A stretch of DNA of 64,000 nucleotides from Candidatus Binatia bacterium. Lineage in GTDB: Bacteria; Desulfobacterota; Binatia; UBA9968; JAJDTQ01. A model generated the notes under the pieces. The model saw only the letters and a list, made by a program, of their open reading frames with translations, made no database searches and was not told the DNA's origin. Positions 47,207 to 57,500 of this stretch are shown here, piece after piece; within the stretch, counting starts at the first letter, position 1; each line of letters starts with the position of its first letter. The stretch is taken from positions 1,312,001 to 1,376,000 of the forward strand of contig OY762897.2 in assembly GCA_963666515.2 (NCBI GenBank), written 5' to 3'. The position numbers and the translations under genes are program-made.

Positions 47207-48274
47207 ATGAAAAAACTGATCGTGCTGGCCGCCGTCCTCGCACTGTCCCTGGCCGCCTCCGGCGCCCTCGGCGCCGACGCCCTGAAGGTCGGTTTCATCT
47301 ATGTCGGCCCCATCGGCGATCACGGCTGGAGCTATCAGCACGACCAGGGCCGTCTGGCCGTCGACAAGGCCCTGGGCAAGAAGGTCAAGACCCTCTACAT
47401 CGAGAAGGTCGCCGAGGGTCCGGACACCGAACGCGCCATCACGCGGCTGGCCCGGCAGGGCGCCGGCCTGATCTTCACCACCTCCTTCGGTTTCATGGAC
47501 CCCACCATCAAGGTGGCCAAGCGTTTCCTCAAGGTGAAGTTCGAGCACGCCACCGGCTACAAGCGCGCGAAGAACGTGGCAACCTACTCGTCGCGCTTCT
47601 ACGAAGGCCGCTACGTCATCGGCCAGATCGCCGCCAGGCTCTCCAAGAGCGGCGTGGCCGGCTACATTGCCTCTTTCCCGATCCCTGAGGTGGTGCGCGG
47701 CATCAACTCCTTCATGCTCGGCGCCCAATCCGTCAACCCCGACTTCAAGGTCAAGACCGTGTGGGTGAACTCCTGGTTCGACCCCGGCAAGGAAGCCGAC
47801 GCCGCCAAGGTGCTCATCGGCCAGGGAGCGGACATCATCACCCAGCACACCGATTCCACCGCGCCCATGCAGATCGCCGGCGAGAAGGGCGCCAAGGCCT
47901 TCGGGCAGGCGTCCGACATGATCAAGTTCGGCCCCAAGACCCAGCTCACCGCCATCATCGACGACTGGCGGCCCTACTACGTCCAGCGCGCCAAGGCCGT
48001 GCTCGACGGTTCCTGGAAGTCCACCGACACCTGGGGCGGCATGGACACCGGCATGGTCGGGATGGCCCCCTACACCAACATGCCCGCGAACGTGGCCGCC
48101 ATGGCCAAGGCCACCGAGGAAAAGATCCGCTCCGGCAAGATGCACGCCTTCGCCGGCCCCATCTACAAGCAGGACGGCTCCCTGGCCGTGCCCAAGGGCA
48201 AGAACCTGGACGACGCTACGCTGCTGGGCATGAACTGGTACGTCAAGGGGATCGACGACAAGCTGCCGAAGTAG
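47207..48274 (+). CDS. BMP family ABC substrate-binding protein
   Basis: Signal peptide, GF+YVGP..D.GW...H..GR, TSFG+M, W..SW+DP. Confidence 0.95.
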   Translation: MKKLIVLAAVLALSLAASGALGADALKVGFIYVGPIGDHGWSYQHDQGRLAVDKALGKKVKTLYIEKVAEGPDTERAITRLARQGAGLIFTTSFGFMDPTIKVAKRFLKVKFEHATGYKRAKNVATYSSRFYEGRYVIGQIAARLSKSGVAGYIASFPIPEVVRGINSFMLGAQSVNPDFKVKTVWVNSWFDPGKEADAAKVLIGQGADIITQHTDSTAPMQIAGEKGAKAFGQASDMIKFGPKTQLTAIIDDWRPYYVQRAKAVLDGSWKSTDTWGGMDTGMVGMAPYTNMPANVAAMAKATEEKIRSGKMHAFAGPIYKQDGSLAVPKGKNLDDATLLGMNWYVKGIDDKLPK

Positions 48275-48316
48275 GGTGGAATTCCCGTGCAAGCGGGAAT
48301 GTGAGGCCGCGTACCT

Positions 48317-50764
48317 TTGGATAAGAAAAGCCTCAGCGAGCGCGATATCTGCACCAAGTTCATCACTCCGGCTCTGCGCAGGGCCGGTTGGGACGAGATG
48401 GTGCAAATCCGTGAAGAGGTCAGCTTCACCAAGGGCCGCATCATCGTGCGCGGGAAGCTGGTCAGCCGGGGCAGGGGCAAGCGCGCCGACTACATCCTCT
48501 ATTACAAGCCCAACCTTCCCATCGCGCTGATCGAAGCCAAGGACAATACCCATGCGGTCGGCGACGGCATACAGCAGGCCCTCGACTACGCCGACACGCT
48601 GAACATTCCCTTCGTGTTTTCCTCAAATGGCGACGGCTTCGTCTTCCACGACCGAACCGGCGTCGTCGCAAGGGAGACAACCCTGGCCCTCGACGCCTTC
48701 CCGTCGCCAGACGACCTGTGGGTGCGTTATCGGACCTGGAAGGGCCTGACGTCCGATGCCGAAGAAATCGTCCTTCAGGACTATTTCGACGACGGAAGCG
48801 GCAAGACACCACGCTACTATCAGGTCAACGCTATCAACGCCGCCATCGAGGCCATCGCCAAGGGTCGCGACCGCATCCTGCTCGTTATGGCAACGGGAAC
48901 GGGCAAGACCTACACTGCCTTTCAGATCATCTGGCGGCTGTGGAAGGCGGGTCGAAAGAAGCGCATCCTGTTCCTGGCGGACCGCAACGTGCTCGTCGAT
49001 CAGACCATGGTTAACGACTTCCGGCCCTTTGGTCCGGCAATGGCCAAGCTCTCGACCAACGCCAAGACCATAGAACGCGAGGACGGCTCTTCGGAGCATG
49101 CAACTGCCCCCCTCAACAGGACGCGCCGCATCGACACCGCCTACGAGATCTATCTCGGTCTCTATCAGGCGATCACCGGACTGGAGGAACAGCAGAAGAT
49201 TTTCCGGGAGTTTTCGCCCACATTCTTCGACTTGATCGTAGTCGACGAGTGTCACCGTGGCAGCGCTGCCGAGGATTCGGCCTGGCGGGAAATTCTTGAG
49301 TATTTCTCTACCGCCACGCAGATCGGCCTAACCGCCACCCCCAGGGAGACCCGCTACGTTTCCAACATCCATTACTTTGGCGAACCCGTCTACTCCTATT
49401 CCCTGAAACAAGGTATCCGCGACGGCTTCCTTGCCCCCTACAAGGTTATCAAGGTTCACATAGATCGTGACGTGGAAGGCTACCGCCCGGAAAAGGGTCA
49501 GCTTGACCGGGAGGGGCGGGAGGTCGAAGACCGTATCTACAACGTCAAGGACTTCGACCGGACGCTGGTGCTGGACGACCGAACCCAGCTCGTCGCCCGC
49601 AGGGTCACCGAGTTTCTGAAAGAGAGCGGCGACCGTTTCCAGAAAGCGATCATCTTCTGCGTTGATCAGGAGCATGCCAGTCGCATGAGACAGGCCCTCA
49701 TCAACGAAAACGGCGACTTGGTAGACCAGAACCACCGTTACGTCATGCGCATCACCGGCGTCGACACCGAAGGTCAGGCACAATTGGGCAACTTCATCGA
49801 CCCGGAATCCAGATATCCCGTATTGGTCACCACCTCACGGCTTCTCTCGACTGGAGTCGACGCTCAGACCTGTCGTCTCATTGTGCTCGACCGAACGGTC
49901 GGCTCGATGACCGAATTCAAGCAGATCGTCGGCCGCGGCACCCGTGTGCACGAGGACACCCGTAAATTTTACTTCACCTTGATGGATTTCCGTGGCGCTA
50001 CGAGTCATTTCGCCGATCCCGATTTCGACGGTGAGCCGGTTCAGATATATGAGCCAAGCGCGGACGACCCCATGACCCCGCCGGATGACGTGCTACCCCC
50101 GGGTGACGGCGACGATCCCATACCGCCGAAACCCGGTGAGGACGAGACCATTATCTGCGTAACCCCCGATGCCCCTCATTCACCTACAGAGGGTGGTACG
50201 TACAAAGTGTACGTGGATGACATCGATGTCGCCATAGTCGCTGATCGAGTGGAATATCTGGATGAGAACGGCAAGCTGATCACCGAATCCTTACGCGACT
50301 TCACGAAGAAGACGCTGAAGAGACACTTCGCCAGTCTCAACGATTTCCTCAGACGCTGGAACACCGCAGAGCGCAAGCAGGCCATTATCGAGGAGTTGGA
50401 GGCCGAGGGTCTTCCTCTCGGCGCTATCGCCGTGGAACTGGGCAAGGATCTCGATTCTTTCGATCTCATTTGCCATATCGCCTTCGATGCCAAGCCTCTG
50501 ACCCGCCGCGAGCGCGCCGAGAACGTCAAGAAGCGGGATGTGTTTCACAAATATGGCGACCAGGCCCGCGCCGTACTCGACGCACTTCTCGCCAAGTATG
50601 CCGACGAGGGCATGTTCAATCTCGAGGACGTGTCCGTGCTTCGCATCCCGCCCTTCACCGAGCTCGGCACCCCGGTTCAGTTGATCAAAGCCTTCGGCGG
50701 CCGGGATGGATTCATTGAGGCCGTCCACGACCTGCAATCCGCGCTGTACCAGGAGACTGCTTGA
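48317..50764 (+). CDS. hsdR: Type I restriction enzyme R subunit (EcoAI/EcoEI-like)
   Basis: ADY.L....+IEAK nuclease, MATGTGKT, DECHRGSA, GLTATP, QI+GRGTR. Confidence 0.95.
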   Translation: MDKKSLSERDICTKFITPALRRAGWDEMVQIREEVSFTKGRIIVRGKLVSRGRGKRADYILYYKPNLPIALIEAKDNTHAVGDGIQQALDYADTLNIPFVFSSNGDGFVFHDRTGVVARETTLALDAFPSPDDLWVRYRTWKGLTSDAEEIVLQDYFDDGSGKTPRYYQVNAINAAIEAIAKGRDRILLVMATGTGKTYTAFQIIWRLWKAGRKKRILFLADRNVLVDQTMVNDFRPFGPAMAKLSTNAKTIEREDGSSEHATAPLNRTRRIDTAYEIYLGLYQAITGLEEQQKIFREFSPTFFDLIVVDECHRGSAAEDSAWREILEYFSTATQIGLTATPRETRYVSNIHYFGEPVYSYSLKQGIRDGFLAPYKVIKVHIDRDVEGYRPEKGQLDREGREVEDRIYNVKDFDRTLVLDDRTQLVARRVTEFLKESGDRFQKAIIFCVDQEHASRMRQALINENGDLVDQNHRYVMRITGVDTEGQAQLGNFIDPESRYPVLVTTSRLLSTGVDAQTCRLIVLDRTVGSMTEFKQIVGRGTRVHEDTRKFYFTLMDFRGATSHFADPDFDGEPVQIYEPSADDPMTPPDDVLPPGDGDDPIPPKPGEDETIICVTPDAPHSPTEGGTYKVYVDDIDVAIVADRVEYLDENGKLITESLRDFTKKTLKRHFASLNDFLRRWNTAERKQAIIEELEAEGLPLGAIAVELGKDLDSFDLICHIAFDAKPLTRRERAENVKKRDVFHKYGDQARAVLDALLAKYADEGMFNLEDVSVLRIPPFTELGTPVQLIKAFGGRDGFIEAVHDLQSALYQETA

Positions 50765-50768
50765 CCCC

Positions 50769-52226
50769 ATGTCCGTCCGCACGACCGTCAAATCCATCCA
50801 GAACATCATGCGCCAGGACATCGGCGTCGACGGCGATGCCCAGCGCATCAGTCAGTTGTGCTGGATGTTCTTTCTCAAGATCATCGACGATCAGGACCAA
50901 GAACTGGAGTTGATGCAGGCCAACTATACGTCGCCGATCGCCGAGCGCTTCCAATGGCGCGCTTGGGCAGCCGATCCCGAGGGCATCACCGGAGAGGATC
51001 TGCTGGCTTTCATCAACAACGATCTGTTCCCGGCCCTGAAACAGGCCCGGATCACCGGCCAGCCCAGCGACCGCCACCGGGTCGTACGCGACGTGTTCGA
51101 GGACGCCTACAACTATATGAAATCCGGCCAGTTGATGCGTCAAGTGGTCAACAAGATCAACGACATCGACTTCAACGACCTTACATCGCGCCAGCACTTC
51201 GGCGACATCTATGAACATATCCTCAACGACTTGCAATCCGCGGGCAATGCGGGTGAATACTACACGCCCCGTGCGGTCACAGCCTTCATGGTCGACCGCA
51301 TCGACCCCAAACCTGGCGAGAGCCTTTTCGATCCTGCCTGTGGCACTGGCGGTTTTCTGACCTGCGCGTTGCGCCACATGCGCCAGCGTTACGTCAAGCG
51401 GCCCTCTGATGAACGGAAGATGCAAGCCGCACTACGCGCCGTGGAGAAAAAGCAGCTTCCGCACATGCTGTGCGTCACCAATATGCTGCTTCACGGTATC
51501 GAAGAACCGAGCTTCGTTCGCCACGACAACACGCTGGCGCGGCCCTACATCGGCTGGGAACGGAAAGATCGGGTGGATATCGTGCTGACCAATCCCCCCT
51601 TTGGAGGAAAGGAAGAAGACGGCATCGAAAGCAACTTTCCGCAGCACTTTCGCACTAAAGAGACCGCCGACCTTTTTCTGGCCCTGATCGTTCGCCTGTT
51701 GAAGCCGGGCGGACGCGCTGCCGTCGTGCTGCCCGACGGTTCATTGTTCGGCGAGGGTGTCAAGACGCGCCTCAAGGAACATCTGATGGAGGAGTGCAAC
51801 CTCCATACCATCGTCCGCCTGCCCAACTCCGTGTTCAAGCCCTATGCCTCCATCGGCACCAACCTGCTGTTCTTCGAGAAGGGTGAACCGACCCGGGATA
51901 TCTGGTTCTACGAACACCGTGTGCCTGAAGGCCAGAAAGCTTATTCCATGACCAAGCCGATCCGGCTGGAGCATTTCCAACCCTGCATCGACTGGTGGGG
52001 CGGAACGGCCCGCAACGGCCGCAAGGACACGGACCACGCATGGAAGATGACCGCTGAGGAAGTCAAGCAGCGCGGCTACAACCTCGATCTCAGGAATCCG
52101 CACACGACCGAAGACGACCACGGCGACCCGGAAGAGCTGCTGGCCAAACTGGCCGACGCAGAGGCAGAAACGGCGTCCTTGCGGGAACAGTTGAAGGTCA
52201 TTCTGGCGGAGGCGCTGACCCCATGA
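50769..52226 (+). CDS. hsdM: Type I N6-adenine methyltransferase M subunit
   Basis: GE+YTPR, DPACGTGGFL, NPPFGG. Confidence 0.96.
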   Translation: MSVRTTVKSIQNIMRQDIGVDGDAQRISQLCWMFFLKIIDDQDQELELMQANYTSPIAERFQWRAWAADPEGITGEDLLAFINNDLFPALKQARITGQPSDRHRVVRDVFEDAYNYMKSGQLMRQVVNKINDIDFNDLTSRQHFGDIYEHILNDLQSAGNAGEYYTPRAVTAFMVDRIDPKPGESLFDPACGTGGFLTCALRHMRQRYVKRPSDERKMQAALRAVEKKQLPHMLCVTNMLLHGIEEPSFVRHDNTLARPYIGWERKDRVDIVLTNPPFGGKEEDGIESNFPQHFRTKETADLFLALIVRLLKPGGRAAVVLPDGSLFGEGVKTRLKEHLMEECNLHTIVRLPNSVFKPYASIGTNLLFFEKGEPTRDIWFYEHRVPEGQKAYSMTKPIRLEHFQPCIDWWGGTARNGRKDTDHAWKMTAEEVKQRGYNLDLRNPHTTEDDHGDPEELLAKLADAEAETASLREQLKVILAEALTP

Positions 52227-53113
52227 AACCCAACCATCATTCGCGTGGAAGCGTGAATCCGTTCTCTGGCGAACAATTACTCACCCACTTCGATCGCATC
52301 ATTGAGGCCCCGGCTGCCATTTCGCGTTTACGCCGGTTCATTCTCGACTTGGCCGTGCGTGGCAGGTTGGTGGAATCGGACCCGAAGGACGAGCCTGTGC
52401 CAAGGCTATTGAAGCGAATTGCGGCGGAGAAGGCACGACTGGTGCAAGCGGGGGAAATAAAACAACAAAAAGAGATTCCGCCACTGGTGAAGAACGATTT
52501 GCCATTTTTATTGCCTGCAAACTGGAGGTGGAGCCAAATTGCGGAAGTCGGACTGCTCAGCCCAAGGAACGAAGCGCCGGATGATCTTGAAGCTTCCTTT
52601 GTCCCAATGCCCTTGATTGCGGCCGACTATGGTGTGAGTTGTAGCCACGAGATTCGGCAATGGGGGAGGATCAAAAAAGGCTATACGCACTTCGCAGAGG
52701 GCGACGTTGCTTTGGCGAAGATCACGCCTTGTTTTCAGAACGGAAAATCGACGGTCTTTCGAAACCTTACAGGTGGCCTGGGGAGCGGCACCACCGAGTT
52801 GCATATTGTCCGGCCCTTGTTCGTCGATCCCAACTTCATTCTTCTTTTCTTGAAATGCCCTCATTTCATCGAGAGTGGTATCCCGAAGATGACTGGCACC
52901 GCCGGCCAAAAGCGAGTGCCTGCGGAATACTTCGCTTATTCACCGTTCCCGCTCCCACCCTTTGCGGAACAGCGACGCATCGTCGCCAAAGTCGATGAAC
53001 TCATGGTACTGTGTGACCGGCTTGAGGCGAGCCTTGTAGCCCGTGATGCAATGCGGGAGTTGTTGGTGGAAGCGATGTTGCACAATGCTTTGAATCCAAA
53101 CGGAGGCCACTGA
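52223..53113 (+). CDS. hsdS: Type I specificity subunit, half-size (one TRD)
   Basis: LR..IL.LAVRG.L, P..LP..W.W, AKITPCF.NGK, PLPP..EQ.RIV.K+.EL...CD.LE; 296 aa. Confidence 0.88.
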   Translation: MKPNHHSRGSVNPFSGEQLLTHFDRIIEAPAAISRLRRFILDLAVRGRLVESDPKDEPVPRLLKRIAAEKARLVQAGEIKQQKEIPPLVKNDLPFLLPANWRWSQIAEVGLLSPRNEAPDDLEASFVPMPLIAADYGVSCSHEIRQWGRIKKGYTHFAEGDVALAKITPCFQNGKSTVFRNLTGGLGSGTTELHIVRPLFVDPNFILLFLKCPHFIESGIPKMTGTAGQKRVPAEYFAYSPFPLPPFAEQRRIVAKVDELMVLCDRLEASLVARDAMRELLVEAMLHNALNPNGGH

Positions 53114-53179
53114 GCACTGACGAGAGCCTTGCCCAAGATTCCGAACAAGATCGCGATCTAGGAGCGTGCTTGGTTTCGT

Positions 53180-56100
53180 TCAGTGCTCCAGCCTCTTTCT
53201 GACTTCCATTTCTGTGTCTTCCCTTTTCGCATCGCGGTCGTAGTCGGCCGCGATACTTTCAAGGACAGCGCTGACATAGGGGTAGTCGAAGGCATGCAGC
53301 TTTGCCCAGCCTCGATACTTTGCGGCAAGCTCACGTTCCTGCGCACCTCCCTCATTCAATTCGCGAAAATGTCCGCCGCGCCCGTTGAAGACACCAATGT
53401 TGAAGCCTATGCCGATCTGCTGGGAAGCAAATCTCTCCATCGCCTCACAGACCGGAAGGCACGGCCAAGCGCCGTCCTCTTCGGCAGGAGCCTTAGACAG
53501 AAGCTCACCGATCTTTTTATCACCGATATCGACTCGCCCATGCTTGGCGCAGAGTTGTCGCACTTTGGTAATCCACTTCAGCAGCGTTTCGGTCTCGATC
53601 TTCCCGTCCGGTCTAGTCCCTGGAATGCGCCCAATTCGGAACAGAAGACGATGGGCTGCAGATCTCAGAAGAGCGCGATGCCCTTGGTCTTCGATTTGCC
53701 ATCCGGGAGGGTCCTGACCATCGTCTTTACGTCTGTACACAATCCCCAGTACTTGGACGAAAAGGGTGGGAGTCTCGGCAATCTGCCGCTCAAGATTAGG
53801 AATTCCGTGCTCGCTATACTCAAGCGCCGCAATGAACAAGAACTCAAGCTGCGCCATCTCGTCCCTGCTAACGCCAGGGCGGCCATCGAGTGAATCCAAT
53901 GCCTCCGAAATGTAGTAGGAGTCAAGGCTGTGCCAATCCGCAGGTTCGGCATCCACGGTAGCTACGGCGAGGAGAAGCCGTTTCAGTCGCGAGGTCTCGA
54001 TCCGCGGCCAGTGCAGAGACAGAGCGACGGCGCGAAATGCATCGTGGGGTCGCTTTGCTTCAAGCAGACGGTCAATGAGCTCAATCAACTCTGCCTCGTT
54101 GTGGCGGTTCCAGGATGGGAAAACTTCCTGCCAATATCGATCTTGGATTTCTTGGTCGTATCGGTCGAGCAAGCGCCACGTGTTCTGATTGAACGGCGCG
54201 CACCGGAACAACCGCACGATCTGGTCAGCGTCTCTACCTTCGGCAACGGCCAAGAGAACTGCGCTCCGTTCTTCGTCGCACAGGGATCTCAAAAATCCGT
54301 TCACACAGCCGTCAACTTTCTTCCCCACGTCGCCGGTAGTGGAAAGGCATTGTCGCAAGAAATTGGTCCGCTCATTCGCGGTCGCTATGTTCGGTCCTAG
54401 GGAACCACCGATCGTATCGGGTGTCCCACTACGAGACAGCAGTCCCATCACAGCTTCAAACCCACCTTCCGCCCAAATCTCCTTGATCGCCGCGGCTCGG
54501 AGCTTGTGGATTCTTTCTTCGTGTTTAGAAGGATCGAGCCTGCCATCCTCCATATCGTCGTCGGAAAACTCGATCCAGCCGTTGGCAAACAGCCAAGCAT
54601 TCCGGAGAACAGGGTCACGCGGTTGCAATTTCTCGTACGCCATACGCGCCCGGTTCTTTGTCGCGTCACTCAGAGCGTGAATCTGACCTCGCATCGTAAA
54701 CATAAAGAGGCGAATCCGCTCGCCAAGGCTAGCCCTAGTATCGTCGTCGGTCTCTGAATCCGCCCAAGTGTCAATCAAGTCCCAAACCAGAGTCTGGCTT
54801 TCCTCGGATATTGCCGGGAGCCGCTCGACGAGGTCGCCGAGCGTCTTCGGATCGTGTTTTTGCCACGCGAGTGCAAGGTCGAGCGCTTTATGCGTGAATT
54901 CATGGAATTCGCTCTGCGTCACCGACCGGCCCGCGCCTGAAGCGTCGCTCCGCCAACGTGGCCGGTAACTAGGCGAGGCCATTTGGGGACCGGTGTGCAA
55001 CTGGTCGATACAAACCTGCCAACCAACGTCCGGGAGCCGCTTGGTCAGGACCTCAAGGGCCTGCACCCGTTCTCCAAGCGAAGCGGCGGTTTGAGGTAGC
55101 CACGACCGATAAGTCGCAAGAATACTGGAGATGGGCTTGTTGACCCAGTTGTCTTCGATAACGGTTCTCGACAACTGCGCGAGGATCAAGCTCACACGCC
55201 CGAGGTGTTGCCACGCGAGGCATTCCAGTGCCCATAGCAGCCCTGTTCGTGTTGGTGAGCTGAACGCGCCGCCGTCTACTGGTTTCAAGAGACCGAGTAC
55301 CGCCGGATGGACCTGTCGCAAGTCATCCTCAAGTAAATTCAAGAACTCGCCGGGTGCCGCTTCTGCATACTTTGGCAGGTCTTTGTCGTGCGAGAGCAGT
55401 TTGTCCAGGGACAGCGGCGTAAGGAGCTTCCGCACTAGCGACGAGACATGAGCCTCGACGTCGATGCCAAGCCGCTCCCGGAATAGATTGCTGCCGTGGA
55501 TGGAGAGGATGACGAGGGTTTCGCAGATACCTTCGCGCAATGCGGCAGAGTGTTTGCGCACCTTGCCATAGAACCCTGCAGCCCACCGTTCGTCTTCCGG
55601 CAGATCAAGCGCCGGATCGTTCTCGGAAAGTACATATTCAGAGAGGAAAAAGAAGTCCTGCAGGTCTTTTTCGGTCATTTGCCAACTGATGGCGAACAGA
55701 GTGTCGATTTTGGATGCGACGCCGCGATATGGTCCCACGGACCATACAGGGCAGTCGTCAAATTTCAACAACCGGGCTACACACCTTTCAATGTCGGGAT
55801 AGCTCGTATCTGCGAGGGTAGAGAGAATTTCGCAATCCGCGTTGGAGTTGGTATGCCATGCACCCACCAGAGCCACGGGGATCAGGCTCTTTGCAATCTC
55901 AATGTCTCCAGCCCATTGGGGTTTCCTGATCGCATGGATCGCCGAGAGGTTTCGACGTAGGATGGTCGGTGAGCGGCCCGACACTCTTGCCAGCCGGTCT
56001 GCTTGATCTTCATCAATACCCATCGCTACGAGCGCCTTCCCGAACTCGCTCTGGTTCAGCAGGTCAAGGGCTATATCTGGATTTGAATCAATGGCGTTTC

Positions 56101-57256
56101 GCGGTTGGACGACAATGCAGTGGCGTGTGCGATCGATACCTGCCAGCTCGCGTGCAGTTTCATCGCTGTGGATGATTGGGGTGAAAAGGGTGTTGGAGGC
56201 GATCAGCTTCCGCAACGTCTCACCCGAATCGAATACTGCTGCCAGATCCTTCCATTTGGGCTGAATGGAGTCATCCCGGAACAGACATACAAGAAACGCA
56301 AGCGCCTCATCCTTGGAATCGGCCGCGACAACAAGCGGCTTTTGGCTCGGTTTTTCGAGCCATTCTCTGAACTTGTCGCGATACGCGATGATGGACGGCT
56401 CGAATATCGCGGAGGTCATTTTCGGCACGCTCGCCTCCGACCAACGCTGCCAGCACCGATCCAGCGTCTCGAATCCGTCGGTTGGCATGGCCAGTCTCTC
56501 AGCAAACCATATCTGCGCGGCGACCGACTCTTCCAGCCACTGCTCAATATCGCTCGCATCGAGTGCTCTCACGGCTTTCCAGTCACCCTCTGCGTTCTTG
56601 CTCCGAGCCCAAGCTACTTTGCCCGGCCAATTGCGTGGCGTGACAAAGACGAAAGTGCATTCCGCCTTCTGGTCTGGAGGGACAGAAGCGCGGCCCGCGT
56701 AATCGCTCTCGGCCTTCCTTGTCGGATTTTCATTCGTGCCAAACTCCCATCCGGATATGCCTTCTGGAATCCACGGTGTGGCCGCATCAGCTTCGATCTG
56801 ACCATCCCAGCCCTTGCGTTCTGCGTTGTCGTAGCCAGGGAAATCAACCCGTCGCAGTCCGTGGCCAGTCGAATGGACCAGCTTGCGCAGCAACACCGGC
56901 AACAGGTGGCGGGCGTCGATATTTCCCTTCGCCCACTCATCGATCTGCCGGGCCTTGATGGTCAGGAAACTGGGCACATAGGTGTGAGCCACTACGGCAT
57001 TTTCTTTCCCGCGTCGATTATGGAGGTCGAACGCTGCCTGAAGATCAAAAAGTTCCTGTTGGTCGGCCCCAAACGATTTCTCCAACCTGACCGCCATTGT
57101 AGGGGACAGAGAAGAATTGCCGTTCAGGAGATTCGACAGGGCGGGTCTGCCTACTCCCAGCCTCTTTGCGGCATCCGTCACCGACATACCCTGCGGGATT
57201 ACCTGTTCTCTGATGAAAATACCGGGATGTATGGGCTTTTCTGGTTTGTTGGGCAT
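53180..57256 (-). CDS. Large HigA-like HTH fusion protein (putative defence protein)
   Basis: HPG..+RE..+...G.S...AA..LGV.R..LS.L+NG...LS..MA.RL N-terminus; GWDG...WEFG segment; long helical remainder; GGAGG before ATG 57256. Confidence 0.8.
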   Translation of the reverse strand: MPNKPEKPIHPGIFIREQVIPQGMSVTDAAKRLGVGRPALSNLLNGNSSLSPTMAVRLEKSFGADQQELFDLQAAFDLHNRRGKENAVVAHTYVPSFLTIKARQIDEWAKGNIDARHLLPVLLRKLVHSTGHGLRRVDFPGYDNAERKGWDGQIEADAATPWIPEGISGWEFGTNENPTRKAESDYAGRASVPPDQKAECTFVFVTPRNWPGKVAWARSKNAEGDWKAVRALDASDIEQWLEESVAAQIWFAERLAMPTDGFETLDRCWQRWSEASVPKMTSAIFEPSIIAYRDKFREWLEKPSQKPLVVAADSKDEALAFLVCLFRDDSIQPKWKDLAAVFDSGETLRKLIASNTLFTPIIHSDETARELAGIDRTRHCIVVQPRNAIDSNPDIALDLLNQSEFGKALVAMGIDEDQADRLARVSGRSPTILRRNLSAIHAIRKPQWAGDIEIAKSLIPVALVGAWHTNSNADCEILSTLADTSYPDIERCVARLLKFDDCPVWSVGPYRGVASKIDTLFAISWQMTEKDLQDFFFLSEYVLSENDPALDLPEDERWAAGFYGKVRKHSAALREGICETLVILSIHGSNLFRERLGIDVEAHVSSLVRKLLTPLSLDKLLSHDKDLPKYAEAAPGEFLNLLEDDLRQVHPAVLGLLKPVDGGAFSSPTRTGLLWALECLAWQHLGRVSLILAQLSRTVIEDNWVNKPISSILATYRSWLPQTAASLGERVQALEVLTKRLPDVGWQVCIDQLHTGPQMASPSYRPRWRSDASGAGRSVTQSEFHEFTHKALDLALAWQKHDPKTLGDLVERLPAISEESQTLVWDLIDTWADSETDDDTRASLGERIRLFMFTMRGQIHALSDATKNRARMAYEKLQPRDPVLRNAWLFANGWIEFSDDDMEDGRLDPSKHEERIHKLRAAAIKEIWAEGGFEAVMGLLSRSGTPDTIGGSLGPNIATANERTNFLRQCLSTTGDVGKKVDGCVNGFLRSLCDEERSAVLLAVAEGRDADQIVRLFRCAPFNQNTWRLLDRYDQEIQDRYWQEVFPSWNRHNEAELIELIDRLLEAKRPHDAFRAVALSLHWPRIETSRLKRLLLAVATVDAEPADWHSLDSYYISEALDSLDGRPGVSRDEMAQLEFLFIAALEYSEHGIPNLERQIAETPTLFVQVLGIVYRRKDDGQDPPGWQIEDQGHRALLRSAAHRLLFRIGRIPGTRPDGKIETETLLKWITKVRQLCAKHGRVDIGDKKIGELLSKAPAEEDGAWPCLPVCEAMERFASQQIGIGFNIGVFNGRGGHFRELNEGGAQERELAAKYRGWAKLHAFDYPYVSAVLESIAADYDRDAKREDTEMEVRKRLEH

Positions 57257-57500
57257 GATGGGGTCAGCCTCCAAGTTTCTTTTTCATTAGCATAGTGTAT
57301 TGCGTAGCGCAACACAGATCGAATCTCGCACAGCTACAGAGGGCAGAACCCACCCGTAGCTCTTCGATGAGATCAAAGGGGCCACCGAGAAGGAGTCTGG
57401 CAAATTTGAGTTGACGGTACGCGGAAAACAGGGCTGGGAGTAGGGCAGAACCAAGGGTCTCATACCCGTTCTCGCGCCTTTGTTCAGAGCGAGTCAAGGA

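Noticed and set aside
48275-48316. att duplication of the tRNA-Arg 3' end at the island's far boundary
   Set aside because: No copy of the tRNA 3' sequence was found; only a REP-like palindrome is present.
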